DNA from: a virus
Virus record (IMG/VR): IMGVR_UViG_3300031857_000105
Coordinates: 12,778 to 76,777 of that record
Length of the DNA: 64,000 nt
Reading direction: 5' to 3' (one strand)
In this document: positions 11,338 through 22,010 of the stretch, piece after piece
How positions within the stretch are numbered: the first letter of the stretch is position 1
How the letters are laid out: each line of letters opens with the position of its first letter
Made by a program: the position numbers and the translations under genes
Notes under the pieces: model-generated
What the model was told of the DNA's origin: nothing
The model's database searches: none
Seen by the model: only the letters and a program-made list of their open reading frames with translations

Positions 11338-14300
11338 ATGGCAGAATTTAAATTAGGTAGAATTAAATTTGTGTACCGAGGTACATGGACAGCGAATCGT
11401 AGCTATAACGTTGACGATGTTGTTACAAACGGCGGAAAAACCTACATTTGTGTAATAGGTCATACTTCAACAAACACAACGGCCGGATTTGCTACCGACC
11501 TAGCAGGTGGTGTTGGAATTACTAAATGGAATCTAATTGCTGACGGCACAACATGGCGCAATAATTGGGCATCAACTACCTATTATAATTTAGGGGATAT
11601 TGTCCTATGGGGTGGAACTGTATACGTTTGTAAAACCGCTCATACTAGCCAAGTATATTTAGAAGACGATCAAAGTAAATGGGATTTGTTTTCTGCAGGA
11701 TTTAAATGGTTAGGCGCTTGGGCTACTAGTACACGATATAAAGTTCGTGATTTTGTCTATTATGGTGGTAGTACTTACGTTTGTAATACACAGCATACTT
11801 CTGCGTCAACAAATGCATCCGGTCTAGAAAATGACATTAGCAAATGGGATATATTTAACCAAGGCGTTACGTATCTTGGCAACTGGAGTGGAAGCAGTGT
11901 AAGATATAAATTAAATGATGTTGTTAAATTTGGCGCCGACTTATGGATTTGTACCGCATATCATACATCAACTGGCACAAGCATTGATACTGGTAATTTT
12001 GCAACATTTGTAAACGGCTTTGAATTTGAAGGGTCTTGGAGTGCCTCTAATGAATACCAAGAAGGCGATGTTGTAACCTATGGTGGTTACACTTATACTG
12101 CTATACAAAATAGTGGAGCTAGTGACCCAAAGACTCCAAGTACACAAACAGCATATTGGAAAGTATTTACATCTGGTTTAGTATATGCTGGCGAATGGAA
12201 TTCTAGTACATCATATCTAATTGGTAATGTTGTAACATTGGGTAGTTATACTTATGTAGCCACCGCTGACAACGCTGCATCAAAGCCGCCTACTTTAACA
12301 GCTACATTCACAGGTAGCATTACTGGAACAGCATTGACAACTTCAGCACCAACCGGCACAATTACCGTTGGTATGACAATAACCGGTGGTACAGTTTCTG
12401 CAGGAACTACTATTGTTTCAGGCAGTGGAAGTAGTTGGGTAGTTAACAACAGTCAAGCAGTGTCTAGTGCTTCTTTAACAGGCATCATTACAAATCCAAA
12501 CTGGGGACAATTAAGTTCTGGTATTCGTTGGGCAGCGGCACCGAACACAACATATACAAACGTTGCTAGTAGTAATCTTATTGCAACAGGTAGTGGTAGC
12601 CCAACATTCACAGTAACACGATCTAGTACAAATTACTCCGTAGTAATTGGCAGTACAGCTGGCACAGGTTATACAGTTAATGACACATTAAAAATTCTAG
12701 GTAACGTTTTAGGAGGCGCAACTCCAGGTAACGACTTAGTAGTTAAGGTTGCAACTATTACAGGCGGCGGCGCAACCGGGCCAATAGGCACCGTTACAGT
12801 AGTTACTGGATATGCATCAACATGGAAAACTGGTATAACCTATGTTATAGGCGATGCAGTCTACTATGGAAATAGTAGTTATATTTGCATTAGTGCTCAT
12901 ATTGGCTCTACTAGCGTTAATGATCCTATTAGCGATACAACTGCCACTTACTGGAATATTTTAGCTAGTGGCGCTGATAGCGGAGCACTAACTACTCAAG
13001 GCGACATGGTATATTATGGCGTCAATGGCCCAACACGCTTACCTATTGGTTCAGATGGCCAAGTACTACGTGTCGATGGCAATCAGCCAAGTTGGAAATA
13101 TTATGGTGAGTTACAAAATATTGTATATGTTGCATCTAGCGGAACAGACGCTATTGGTAACGGACAAGGGTTAACTTTAGACAAGCCATGGAAGACTGTG
13201 GGATATGCTTGTAAACAAGTTGAAGACGGATATCAAAATAGAAATGCCGGATTAATTCTTCAAATTAACAAACAGTTCATGATGAAAGAAGTTAATAATT
13301 ATATATTAACTCAATATTCTTTTAATGTAACTGGAACAGCATCATCAGGCAATACTTTTGTAACTGGCGGAACAAGCACAACAAGTCAGGTAACTACTGC
13401 CAGCATGTACTACGGTATGCCTATTACATTTAGCGCAGCAACAGGTGGTATAACAGTAGGCACAACTTATTATGTTAACACTATACCTAACAGTACTACT
13501 TTTACAATTAGTGATGCATATCAAAGCGGTATAACTAAAACAGTTGGATCAAGTAGTGCAGTTGCTTCTACAGCAAGTTTTGCCTATGTTCAAAGCAAAG
13601 CAGAAAGAGACACTGGCACTGTAATTGATGGAATTGTATTTGATTTAACGCATGGCGGAAATTTATATACAATTACTGCTACTCAAGCGTATTTTAGCAC
13701 TCTTACTTCGTATATTACAACTGGTACAAGACAACAGGCTCCTGTTTTTGCAGGCGCTTTAAGCTACCTTAAGGACATATTATTTCCTGCGGTAATGTCA
13801 AATTCTGCACCGGCTAATAACTATCAAACTATAAGAAGTATTAGTGTTGGTGACAGAGCAATTCAAAATATATCTGGAGTTACAACATCAGATGTAGAGT
13901 CCGGAAGTGTTGCTAGAATACAATCATTGTTGGGTGTTATAACAACTTCATTGTCTACAGGAACATATGGCAATGCCCCATTACTCAACAGACCAAACAC
14001 TACTATCTATTTAAAAACTGGCACATATAACGAATATGGTCCTATTGTAGTTCCTCAAGATACTGCAATTGTAGGAGATGAACTGCGTAGTACTATTGTA
14101 CAAGTTGCGGGCCCCGCAACTTATTTAGGTACTGATAAGCCAAAAACTGCTGCAGCATTAAATCGTTTAAAGACATTATTACCTGATTTAATTTCGAATA
14201 CACCAATAACACCAACTACAACAGGTACACTATTTCCTAATACAAAAACACAGGTAACTAATTTGCCTGTAGGTGATACTGGAAATACTACAGCAGTTAA

Positions 14301-17300
14301 TCTTGTAGTTAATAATACTAAGATCGTTCAGGACATGTTTAGTGCCGGTGGAGTCATCACAGGCCCAACTAATCCCAACTATCCTAACGGCTTACCATAC
14401 GAACCGGCAATTAGCACCCCAGCAGTCACCGGATATAACACATCGTATCTAGCAAATTACGGCGACGGTGTAACATTAATTCGAGCTAACTATCAATATA
14501 TTAAAGATGAAATAGTAGCTTTCTTAAACACTGATCCTACCTTAACTGGAGCAGAGCAGTGGGTAAATTACAGTTCCACTTATCAAGCAGAAACAAAACG
14601 TGATTTAGGATTCATTCTTGACGCAATCTGCTACGATATGACATACGGTAGTAACAGTCAATCGTTAATTGTTGGAAGTTCATACTATAGCCTAAATACT
14701 CCTCAACTTTTTGCACCGTACTTAGCTGGCGTGTTAAGTTCGTTAAACCGTTTATCAACAGTTATTGGACAAATTGTTACCAAGGCAAACGTTACAGAAA
14801 GTGTTGGAAATACAACTACGCAAAATATAACTGGCACAGCTGGATCAGCAGCCGCGGCAGCGTTTGCTCAAGCTCGTGTAGCAGATATTTTATATTGGAT
14901 TAACAACGGCACGCCTGATACCTCAGCGGCAACATTTACAGGATCAACAAGCGGCACAACACTAACGGTTAGTGGTGTAAGCGGAACTATTAAGATTGGA
15001 CAAATTGTTACCGGTGGAACTATTGCCGCTGGTACGTATATTACAGCAGGTTCTGGAACAAGTTGGACTATCAGCGTAAGCCAGTCGGCTACTGCTACCG
15101 GGTCCACACTAGATATTACTCCAATAACATCTGGAGCATACGCATTAGCGTCAACTGCAAATAAAGCATCCTTTGATGCAGTGCAGGCACGTGCCGCAGA
15201 AATTGCTGCAGATGCTACTTCATGGGTTGCTAAATTCTTCCAGAATGAAAGTCCAATTGTATCTTTAACTACAAGGGATGCTGGATACGTTGTACAAGCT
15301 CTGGCATACGATTTACTATTTGGCAGTAATTTTTACAGTATTCAAACTGGCAGATCTTATAACAGACTAGTTTCTTCTGTTGCAACATTGCATAGTAGTC
15401 TTGCAGATTCAACATATGGAGCAATTGGCTTTGTTGGCGAGCGTGTTAAAATACTTGCATCTAATGGTGCAGTTGTACAAACTAATACAGTTATTGACGA
15501 AATGGTTGCACAAATTTACGGACAACCTACAAATACAGCTACATTTAATGGTACCATTAATGGTACACAGTTAGTAGTTAACAGCGCAGTTACTGGTACT
15601 ATTGCGGTAGGTATGCAATTAACAGGCACAGGAATTGCACCAGGAACATCGATTATTTCTGGAAGTGGAACAACTTGGTTATTAAATTATAATCAGTCAG
15701 TGAGCTCAACTACAACTACAATTGTTAATGTTAGCACAACTGTTACTTTAAACGGTCAAACATTCTCAAACATCCTTACTGCGGGTACAACTGAAGGGTT
15801 TGTACCAGGATTAGCAATTACAATTACTGGCGCACTAATCAGCAACTTAGTTGCTTGTACTTACTATATTAAACAAGTATTAAGTTCAACTCAGTTTACA
15901 GTTAGTGAATCTTATTTAGGTTCAACATTTGTTATTAACAGCAATGCTACTGGCGCTATGACAGCAGTTGTATATGGTATCTATAGCGGTCTTGGTTTAA
16001 CAACAGATATTACAGCAAGCGGCACCGCTATTCCTGTAACAACTGCAACTACAAGTACAAACCTAATTACTATTACTAGCAATGCAGGTATGATTGTTGA
16101 CATGCCGATTGTATTCACAGGATTGCCTGCAAATATTACTACGACTGCAACAGATATTACAAGTAGTAGCATCACATTAGGTGCAACAGTAAGTTCACTT
16201 GGTGTAGTAGTTGGACAAAAAGTTTGGTTTACTGGATTTACTCCACAAGCAACTGGTACAAGTTCTTCGATAGTTTCTAATCAAGTTTATTATGTTAAAA
16301 CTGCAAGTGCTAGTGAAATTACTATTGCTGCAACACTTGGCGGAACTGCATTAACACTAGCTAATGCTACTGGGTTATCTTTAACTGCAACTTTCAATAC
16401 CGCCGGCGGGTTAGTAAATGGTCTCCAGTATTGGATTAATAGTGTAACAGTTGGAACATATCCGGCGGCCGGCACAACCATCACTGTTACTGAATCATAC
16501 AAGAGTGGAACTGCTTTTGTAATAACTGACACTGTCTCTGGCATGTCAGCAACGGCGCAAGTTGGAATGGCTACTGATCAAGGTATTAATCAAAAAATTA
16601 CCAACGGTACTGTTGCACCGTGGAATAACCCAACTGGTACTTATAAATCAACTAATGGTTATAACAACACTCTAAGTACTATAAACGGTGCTGAAATTAT
16701 TCGTGCTAATAAGAATTTCTTAGCCAATGAATTAGTAGCTTATATATTATCTCAATATGTTGCTACTGTAACTACTACAGCGCAAGACGGAACTATTACC
16801 TGTAGCGGAGCACACAATTTAATCGTAGGAGATCCAGTAGTATTCTCAGGAACAATATTTGACGGTCAAATTTTTGCAGAAATAGTATACTGGGTGTTAT
16901 CAACACCAACAACAAATACATTTACTATCACAATTACTCAACCTGGAAAAGGACCACAACTTGTAAAAACTTTAGCAGGTGCATCTGGTTCAATGACTGT
17001 AAGCTATTACATGACTCCAACTAAGTGCATACGCGATGCTGAATCATATATTGAGGGACTAGTATACGACTTAACAGTTACAGGAAACTATAAAGCAACA
17101 CGATTTGTACAGTTATACCTATCAGCACAAGCTGGATCAATAACAAATAACTTGTTCCATTTAAGAAACGGTACTGGTCTACGCAACATGACATTAAATG
17201 GCATGACTGGTGCATTAACATTGCCTAATGCGCTAGGAACTCGCAGACCTACAGCAGGATCATATTCTAGTTTAGATGTAGGATTTGGCCCAACAGACTC

Positions 17301-20300
17301 AAGCGTGTGGATCAGCGTAAGATCCCCATACACACAAAACTTAACATTGTTTGGTAGTGGATGTAGCGGCATGAAGATTGACGCAGCCTTACACAGCGGC
17401 GGCAACAAATCTATTGTTGCCAACGATTACACAACTATCATCAGTGACGGGTTTGGAGTATGGTGTACTGGATCTAATGCATTAACAGAACTTGTTTCAG
17501 TATTTGCATATTATTCATACGCAGGTTATATGGCAGAATATGGTGGACGTATCCGTGCTACTAACGGTAACAGTTCATACGGTACATACGGTGTTATTGC
17601 CGAAGGTATTGACTCGTACGAAATTCCATTATACGGTAGACTAAACAACCGTGCTAATCCTGCATACGTTACTAATGTTGTAACAGATGGTACTGATGAA
17701 ATTCTTCGAATAGAATTTGAAAACGCAGGTAGTCATTATTCAAATGCAATTCCTACAGTTAACGGTGCTGGATATAATATTGTAACAATACAGGATGAGT
17801 TCCGTGACTCGTCAGTATTTGAAACACGCCTAGTTGATTTAAACAACGGTCAAGGCATTGGCGGAAGCAATTATTTAACAGCGAGCAACGTAGCGCAAAC
17901 CGGCACGGTTGGAACAATTACTATTGCTAACTCTGATATTCAATTAAGTTCAGCTTATGTAGGTATGAGAATACAACTTATAGCTGGTACAGGTGTTGGA
18001 CAGTTTGCAAACATTATTGGATACGCACAAAGTAGCAAACTTGCTAACATAATTCGTCCAAATTTTGCAACGTTAACTATTACAACAAATAATACTACCG
18101 TATTCACGGTGGCTAGCACGGCAACTATGTATGTAGGACAACCAATTTATCTTGGTGCAGCAATTGGTGGATTAAACACAGAAACAGTATATTACGTAAG
18201 TACAACAAGTTTCTCTAGTACACAGTTTAGAGTAAGTACAACAGCAGTAGGTGCTGCTGCAGGCACAGGCAACGTATCGTTGACAGCTACTAGTGCAACA
18301 CCAGCAGTAACAACAGCATCAATTATTGTTGGAACTACATTAACTGTAGGAACATTATCTTCCGGTGTAATCTATCCAGGTATGTTATTGAGTGGTGGTT
18401 CAGTATTACCTAATACATATATTGTTGCTAACATTAGTGGCTCAGGAGCTGGCTCGACATGGACTGTTAGTGTAAGTCAGAATTTATCAAGTACAGCATT
18501 AACTGGTACCGTAAGTGTTCCTGTATACGAAGCAGGATGGGATCATGTTGTTCCAGGAACAACAATACAGCCGCTATTAGATGCTACATCTGGTTATATT
18601 ATTGAACCTGCATTGTCATTCACTGCTCCTGGATTTACTAGCACAGCAATCACCATGACTGCTGCCGCAGCTACTACATGGGCTGGATTAGCTTTTGGGC
18701 AAGGCACTTTTGTTGCTACATCAAATGCTACAGGAGTTACATCAACAGCAAAAACTACAGATGGTATAACATGGGCCGCCGGCGGCGCACTACCAACAGA
18801 TGCAAGTGCAACATGGAGTGCTGTTGAATACGGCGGCGGACAAAATGCAACAGCGACGGCAATAGTAGGTGGTATTGGTGGATCTGGAGCAATACTAACA
18901 GCAGTTCTTGGTTCTGGAAACACCGCAGGACAAATTATTGGTATTACTGTAGTGAACGGTGGATATAATTATACAACACCGCCAACTATAGTTATTACAG
19001 ATGCAACAGGTGCTGGCGCAACGGCTACAGCTAGAGTACTAAACGGTTCTATTCGAGCAGTAGATATGATTATCACAGGTAGTTTGTACGCAAATCCAAT
19101 TATTACTGTGGTAACTAGTAGCATATCAAGTATTACTGCTGCAACTTGGGGCAGTGGATATTACGCCGCTCCAATTGTAACAATTGAACCACCTTTTACA
19201 GCTACAGGATGGAGTTCAGGCGGAGCAGTAACAGCCGGAAATTATTATTCAGCAGTTGATAATACAGTTAGTCCAAACGTAACTAACTATTATCTTGCTA
19301 GTGGCTCTGGAACAACTTTTAGTACAACTAAACCTACATTTACAAATGCAGTTTACGGTAAATCAGGGTTTGGTGCACCAGGTGTATTCAGCACAGGGTT
19401 TGGAACCAATGTAACATTAACTTATGTCGGTACCCTACCAGTTGCTACTGCTAATACAAACACTAACGCGGCTGGATATGGTGTAATAAGTTATACTGTT
19501 AGCCAGACTGGTTATGGTTATGCAACCACACCAACAATAACAGTAACCGATCCAAATGCGGCATTTTTGGCTATTTCTACAGCAACATCATCTGCAGCAT
19601 ACAGTACTGACCAGGGCGCAAACTGGTCAGCTACTGGCGGTACCACTGGCAAAACTAATCTTAATGCATTAGCATATGGTAATAATCTATATCTAGCAGT
19701 TGGTGGAACCAGTTCAGCTTCAGCAGTATCGTTAAGTGGTAGTTTAACAGGTACATGGTCCGACAGATCAGCTGACATCACAACAAATTCATCAGGATAT
19801 AGTGCAATAGCATATGGTGCCGGTGTATTCTGTGCAATTGGCGGAACTGTAAGTTCGTTCACCGCGGCAGATCCAACAAAGTGGTATGTAGGTGATTCTT
19901 TAACAAGTAAAACTTGGGTAGATATTGCATACGGCAATGGACGATTTGTTGCATTGGCCAGTGATGGCACTTTACAATATACTGTTAACTGGCAAACAAA
20001 GAACTGGACAACAGGCCCATTTGCAGCCAACAACACATGGCAAACAGTTTCAAACAATCCATTAAGTGCTAACGGTGTAACAACATGGAAAAACATTAGT
20101 TACGGTCAGGGCTTATTTGTTGCAGTAGCAACATCAAGCCAAGCAGTAGCAATAAGCCCAGATGGATTAAACTGGACTTACTACGCAACCGGCATGCCGA
20201 GTTCGAGCAACTGGACTGGTTTAACATTTGGTAATCCTATAGATGCTACACTAGGAAGTGTTCCAACATGGGTAGCTGTGTCTAATACTAGCGGAAAAAT

Positions 20301-21612
20301 TTCTACTAGAATTCAAACTGGTGCAACCGCACAAGGCCGTACAAGAGTTGTTAATAATCAACTTTCTGAAATTAGAATGATTGAGCCTGGCAGCGGTTAT
20401 CCACGTGGTAATGTAACCGCAACAAGTACAACAAGTACTGGTACAATTACCGTTGATAGTACAATTAATTTAATAGCAAATCAACCAATTGTGTTTAATA
20501 CTACAGTACATGGTAGTGTGGGCGGAATAACTCCAGGAGTATACTACTATGTCAAAGGTACACCGACAAGTACTACATTCCAAATATCCACAACACCTGG
20601 CGGATCAATATTTGCATTGACTTCGGCAACTGTTAGCGGAGTGACATACTTTGCCGGCCCAATTATTACTCAAACAGATCCTAACAAAGTTAATACTGCA
20701 CCATTGGTTGCACGTATTGGTAATGGTGCGTTAGGCAATCCAAGTTTTGCACACCGAGGCATTGCTAATACTACAGCAACCGCTAGTTATCAAGGTGACG
20801 GATATGCCGATTTGTATCAAGTTGGTACGTATATCAACGTAAGTGGATTATTTGACATTCCAAAACCTGGATGTAACGTTGTATTCTATAGCATTACTGG
20901 AACAAGTCGTTGGTATAAGCTAGTTAGCGTAACTAACGTGTTAGGTATCCCAGGAAACTACACAGCTACATTCCAGATTAATCCAGGACTTTCAACATTG
21001 TTAGCACCTGCACACAATGATTTAATTACAACAAATCTACAGTATAGTAACGTTCGTTTAACAGGACATGACTTCTTGTATATTGGAACTGGCGGATTCA
21101 CTGCAACAAATTACCCGTATGTTGATGCAACTAAAGCAGTTCAAGCAAATCAACAGTTTGCTACCGGTGGCGGTCGAGTGTTCTTTACAAGTACTGACCA
21201 AGACGGTAACTTTAACGTAGGTAACTTGTTTGGAGTTCAGCAGTCAACTGGTACTGCCACATTGAACGCTAGTGCGTTTAACTTGTCAGGACTACAGAGT
21301 TTGACACTTGGCTCGGTAAGTTTAGGAGTTGGCTCAGCTACAATTTTCCAGTTTAGTTCAGATCCGTATTTTACAGCTAATAGTGATGGTGTTGTACCTA
21401 CACAGAAGGCTATTAAAGCGTATATTACAGCACAAATTGGTGGCGGTCAAAGCTCGCTGAACGTAAATACTATTACATCAGGACAGATATACATTGCTGG
21501 AAATCAGATAAGTAATACGAATAATGTTCAAATTTACGTAGCAAGTAAAATGTTATTTACAGGTGGAATTGACGGAGCACCTGTTGCTCTTGCATTCTTT
21601 GGACAGAGATAA
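11338..21612 (+). CDS. Giant modular virion protein (tail fibre/receptor-binding), paralogue B, 3424 aa
   Basis: Shares the N-terminus (MAEFKLGRI vs MAAEFKIGRL), the core (SPYTQNLT.FG.G..G.KID..LH.GG.KSIV.NDYT..ISDG.G.WCTG) and the C-terminus (RLTGHDFL.IGTG...GRVFFTSTDQDGNF.VG.LFGVQQ.TGT.TL) with paralogue A. Confidence 0.75.
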   Translation: MAEFKLGRIKFVYRGTWTANRSYNVDDVVTNGGKTYICVIGHTSTNTTAGFATDLAGGVGITKWNLIADGTTWRNNWASTTYYNLGDIVLWGGTVYVCKTAHTSQVYLEDDQSKWDLFSAGFKWLGAWATSTRYKVRDFVYYGGSTYVCNTQHTSASTNASGLENDISKWDIFNQGVTYLGNWSGSSVRYKLNDVVKFGADLWICTAYHTSTGTSIDTGNFATFVNGFEFEGSWSASNEYQEGDVVTYGGYTYTAIQNSGASDPKTPSTQTAYWKVFTSGLVYAGEWNSSTSYLIGNVVTLGSYTYVATADNAASKPPTLTATFTGSITGTALTTSAPTGTITVGMTITGGTVSAGTTIVSGSGSSWVVNNSQAVSSASLTGIITNPNWGQLSSGIRWAAAPNTTYTNVASSNLIATGSGSPTFTVTRSSTNYSVVIGSTAGTGYTVNDTLKILGNVLGGATPGNDLVVKVATITGGGATGPIGTVTVVTGYASTWKTGITYVIGDAVYYGNSSYICISAHIGSTSVNDPISDTTATYWNILASGADSGALTTQGDMVYYGVNGPTRLPIGSDGQVLRVDGNQPSWKYYGELQNIVYVASSGTDAIGNGQGLTLDKPWKTVGYACKQVEDGYQNRNAGLILQINKQFMMKEVNNYILTQYSFNVTGTASSGNTFVTGGTSTTSQVTTASMYYGMPITFSAATGGITVGTTYYVNTIPNSTTFTISDAYQSGITKTVGSSSAVASTASFAYVQSKAERDTGTVIDGIVFDLTHGGNLYTITATQAYFSTLTSYITTGTRQQAPVFAGALSYLKDILFPAVMSNSAPANNYQTIRSISVGDRAIQNISGVTTSDVESGSVARIQSLLGVITTSLSTGTYGNAPLLNRPNTTIYLKTGTYNEYGPIVVPQDTAIVGDELRSTIVQVAGPATYLGTDKPKTAAALNRLKTLLPDLISNTPITPTTTGTLFPNTKTQVTNLPVGDTGNTTAVNLVVNNTKIVQDMFSAGGVITGPTNPNYPNGLPYEPAISTPAVTGYNTSYLANYGDGVTLIRANYQYIKDEIVAFLNTDPTLTGAEQWVNYSSTYQAETKRDLGFILDAICYDMTYGSNSQSLIVGSSYYSLNTPQLFAPYLAGVLSSLNRLSTVIGQIVTKANVTESVGNTTTQNITGTAGSAAAAAFAQARVADILYWINNGTPDTSAATFTGSTSGTTLTVSGVSGTIKIGQIVTGGTIAAGTYITAGSGTSWTISVSQSATATGSTLDITPITSGAYALASTANKASFDAVQARAAEIAADATSWVAKFFQNESPIVSLTTRDAGYVVQALAYDLLFGSNFYSIQTGRSYNRLVSSVATLHSSLADSTYGAIGFVGERVKILASNGAVVQTNTVIDEMVAQIYGQPTNTATFNGTINGTQLVVNSAVTGTIAVGMQLTGTGIAPGTSIISGSGTTWLLNYNQSVSSTTTTIVNVSTTVTLNGQTFSNILTAGTTEGFVPGLAITITGALISNLVACTYYIKQVLSSTQFTVSESYLGSTFVINSNATGAMTAVVYGIYSGLGLTTDITASGTAIPVTTATTSTNLITITSNAGMIVDMPIVFTGLPANITTTATDITSSSITLGATVSSLGVVVGQKVWFTGFTPQATGTSSSIVSNQVYYVKTASASEITIAATLGGTALTLANATGLSLTATFNTAGGLVNGLQYWINSVTVGTYPAAGTTITVTESYKSGTAFVITDTVSGMSATAQVGMATDQGINQKITNGTVAPWNNPTGTYKSTNGYNNTLSTINGAEIIRANKNFLANELVAYILSQYVATVTTTAQDGTITCSGAHNLIVGDPVVFSGTIFDGQIFAEIVYWVLSTPTTNTFTITITQPGKGPQLVKTLAGASGSMTVSYYMTPTKCIRDAESYIEGLVYDLTVTGNYKATRFVQLYLSAQAGSITNNLFHLRNGTGLRNMTLNGMTGALTLPNALGTRRPTAGSYSSLDVGFGPTDSSVWISVRSPYTQNLTLFGSGCSGMKIDAALHSGGNKSIVANDYTTIISDGFGVWCTGSNALTELVSVFAYYSYAGYMAEYGGRIRATNGNSSYGTYGVIAEGIDSYEIPLYGRLNNRANPAYVTNVVTDGTDEILRIEFENAGSHYSNAIPTVNGAGYNIVTIQDEFRDSSVFETRLVDLNNGQGIGGSNYLTASNVAQTGTVGTITIANSDIQLSSAYVGMRIQLIAGTGVGQFANIIGYAQSSKLANIIRPNFATLTITTNNTTVFTVASTATMYVGQPIYLGAAIGGLNTETVYYVSTTSFSSTQFRVSTTAVGAAAGTGNVSLTATSATPAVTTASIIVGTTLTVGTLSSGVIYPGMLLSGGSVLPNTYIVANISGSGAGSTWTVSVSQNLSSTALTGTVSVPVYEAGWDHVVPGTTIQPLLDATSGYIIEPALSFTAPGFTSTAITMTAAAATTWAGLAFGQGTFVATSNATGVTSTAKTTDGITWAAGGALPTDASATWSAVEYGGGQNATATAIVGGIGGSGAILTAVLGSGNTAGQIIGITVVNGGYNYTTPPTIVITDATGAGATATARVLNGSIRAVDMIITGSLYANPIITVVTSSISSITAATWGSGYYAAPIVTIEPPFTATGWSSGGAVTAGNYYSAVDNTVSPNVTNYYLASGSGTTFSTTKPTFTNAVYGKSGFGAPGVFSTGFGTNVTLTYVGTLPVATANTNTNAAGYGVISYTVSQTGYGYATTPTITVTDPNAAFLAISTATSSAAYSTDQGANWSATGGTTGKTNLNALAYGNNLYLAVGGTSSASAVSLSGSLTGTWSDRSADITTNSSGYSAIAYGAGVFCAIGGTVSSFTAADPTKWYVGDSLTSKTWVDIAYGNGRFVALASDGTLQYTVNWQTKNWTTGPFAANNTWQTVSNNPLSANGVTTWKNISYGQGLFVAVATSSQAVAISPDGLNWTYYATGMPSSSNWTGLTFGNPIDATLGSVPTWVAVSNTSGKISTRIQTGATAQGRTRVVNNQLSEIRMIEPGSGYPRGNVTATSTTSTGTITVDSTINLIANQPIVFNTTVHGSVGGITPGVYYYVKGTPTSTTFQISTTPGGSIFALTSATVSGVTYFAGPIITQTDPNKVNTAPLVARIGNGALGNPSFAHRGIANTTATASYQGDGYADLYQVGTYINVSGLFDIPKPGCNVVFYSITGTSRWYKLVSVTNVLGIPGNYTATFQINPGLSTLLAPAHNDLITTNLQYSNVRLTGHDFLYIGTGGFTATNYPYVDATKAVQANQQFATGGGRVFFTSTDQDGNFNVGNLFGVQQSTGTATLNASAFNLSGLQSLTLGSVSLGVGSATIFQFSSDPYFTANSDGVVPTQKAIKAYITAQIGGGQSSLNVNTITSGQIYIAGNQISNTNNVQIYVASKMLFTGGIDGAPVALAFFGQR

Positions 21613-21638
21613 TTTAAAACAAATTGGAGAAAACATAA

Positions 21639-21992
21639 ATGGCAACAGGAATTTTATATACAGGTACACTAACCTCAACAACGGCAACGACTGCCTACGT
21701 AGTACCAAGCACAACTTATAGCGTAGTTAATGTAAGTTTTACAAACACAGGAACTTCAGCCGCTACTATTCGATTGTATATTGGTGCAAGTTTAGGAACA
21801 GCTGGTTCAGTAACAGGTAGTCTTGTACCAAGTGAAGCAATTGAATATGATACTACTATTGCTCCTAAGGGTGTTTTTGAAAGAACGGGCCTAGTCTTAA
21901 GTAGTGTTTCAGGTGCAAAGTATATTACAGTTTATGCATCAACTGGTAACGTAAACGTAAACATTTACGGCATTGAAACATCAACAGTTTAA
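21639..21992 (+). CDS. Small virion structural protein
   Basis: 117 aa, GGAG RBS, 'IEYDTTIAPKGVFERTGLVL' motif, tail cluster context. Confidence 0.5.
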   Translation: MATGILYTGTLTSTTATTAYVVPSTTYSVVNVSFTNTGTSAATIRLYIGASLGTAGSVTGSLVPSEAIEYDTTIAPKGVFERTGLVLSSVSGAKYITVYASTGNVNVNIYGIETSTV

Positions 21993-22010
21993 CATACAAG
22001 AGAGATAATA

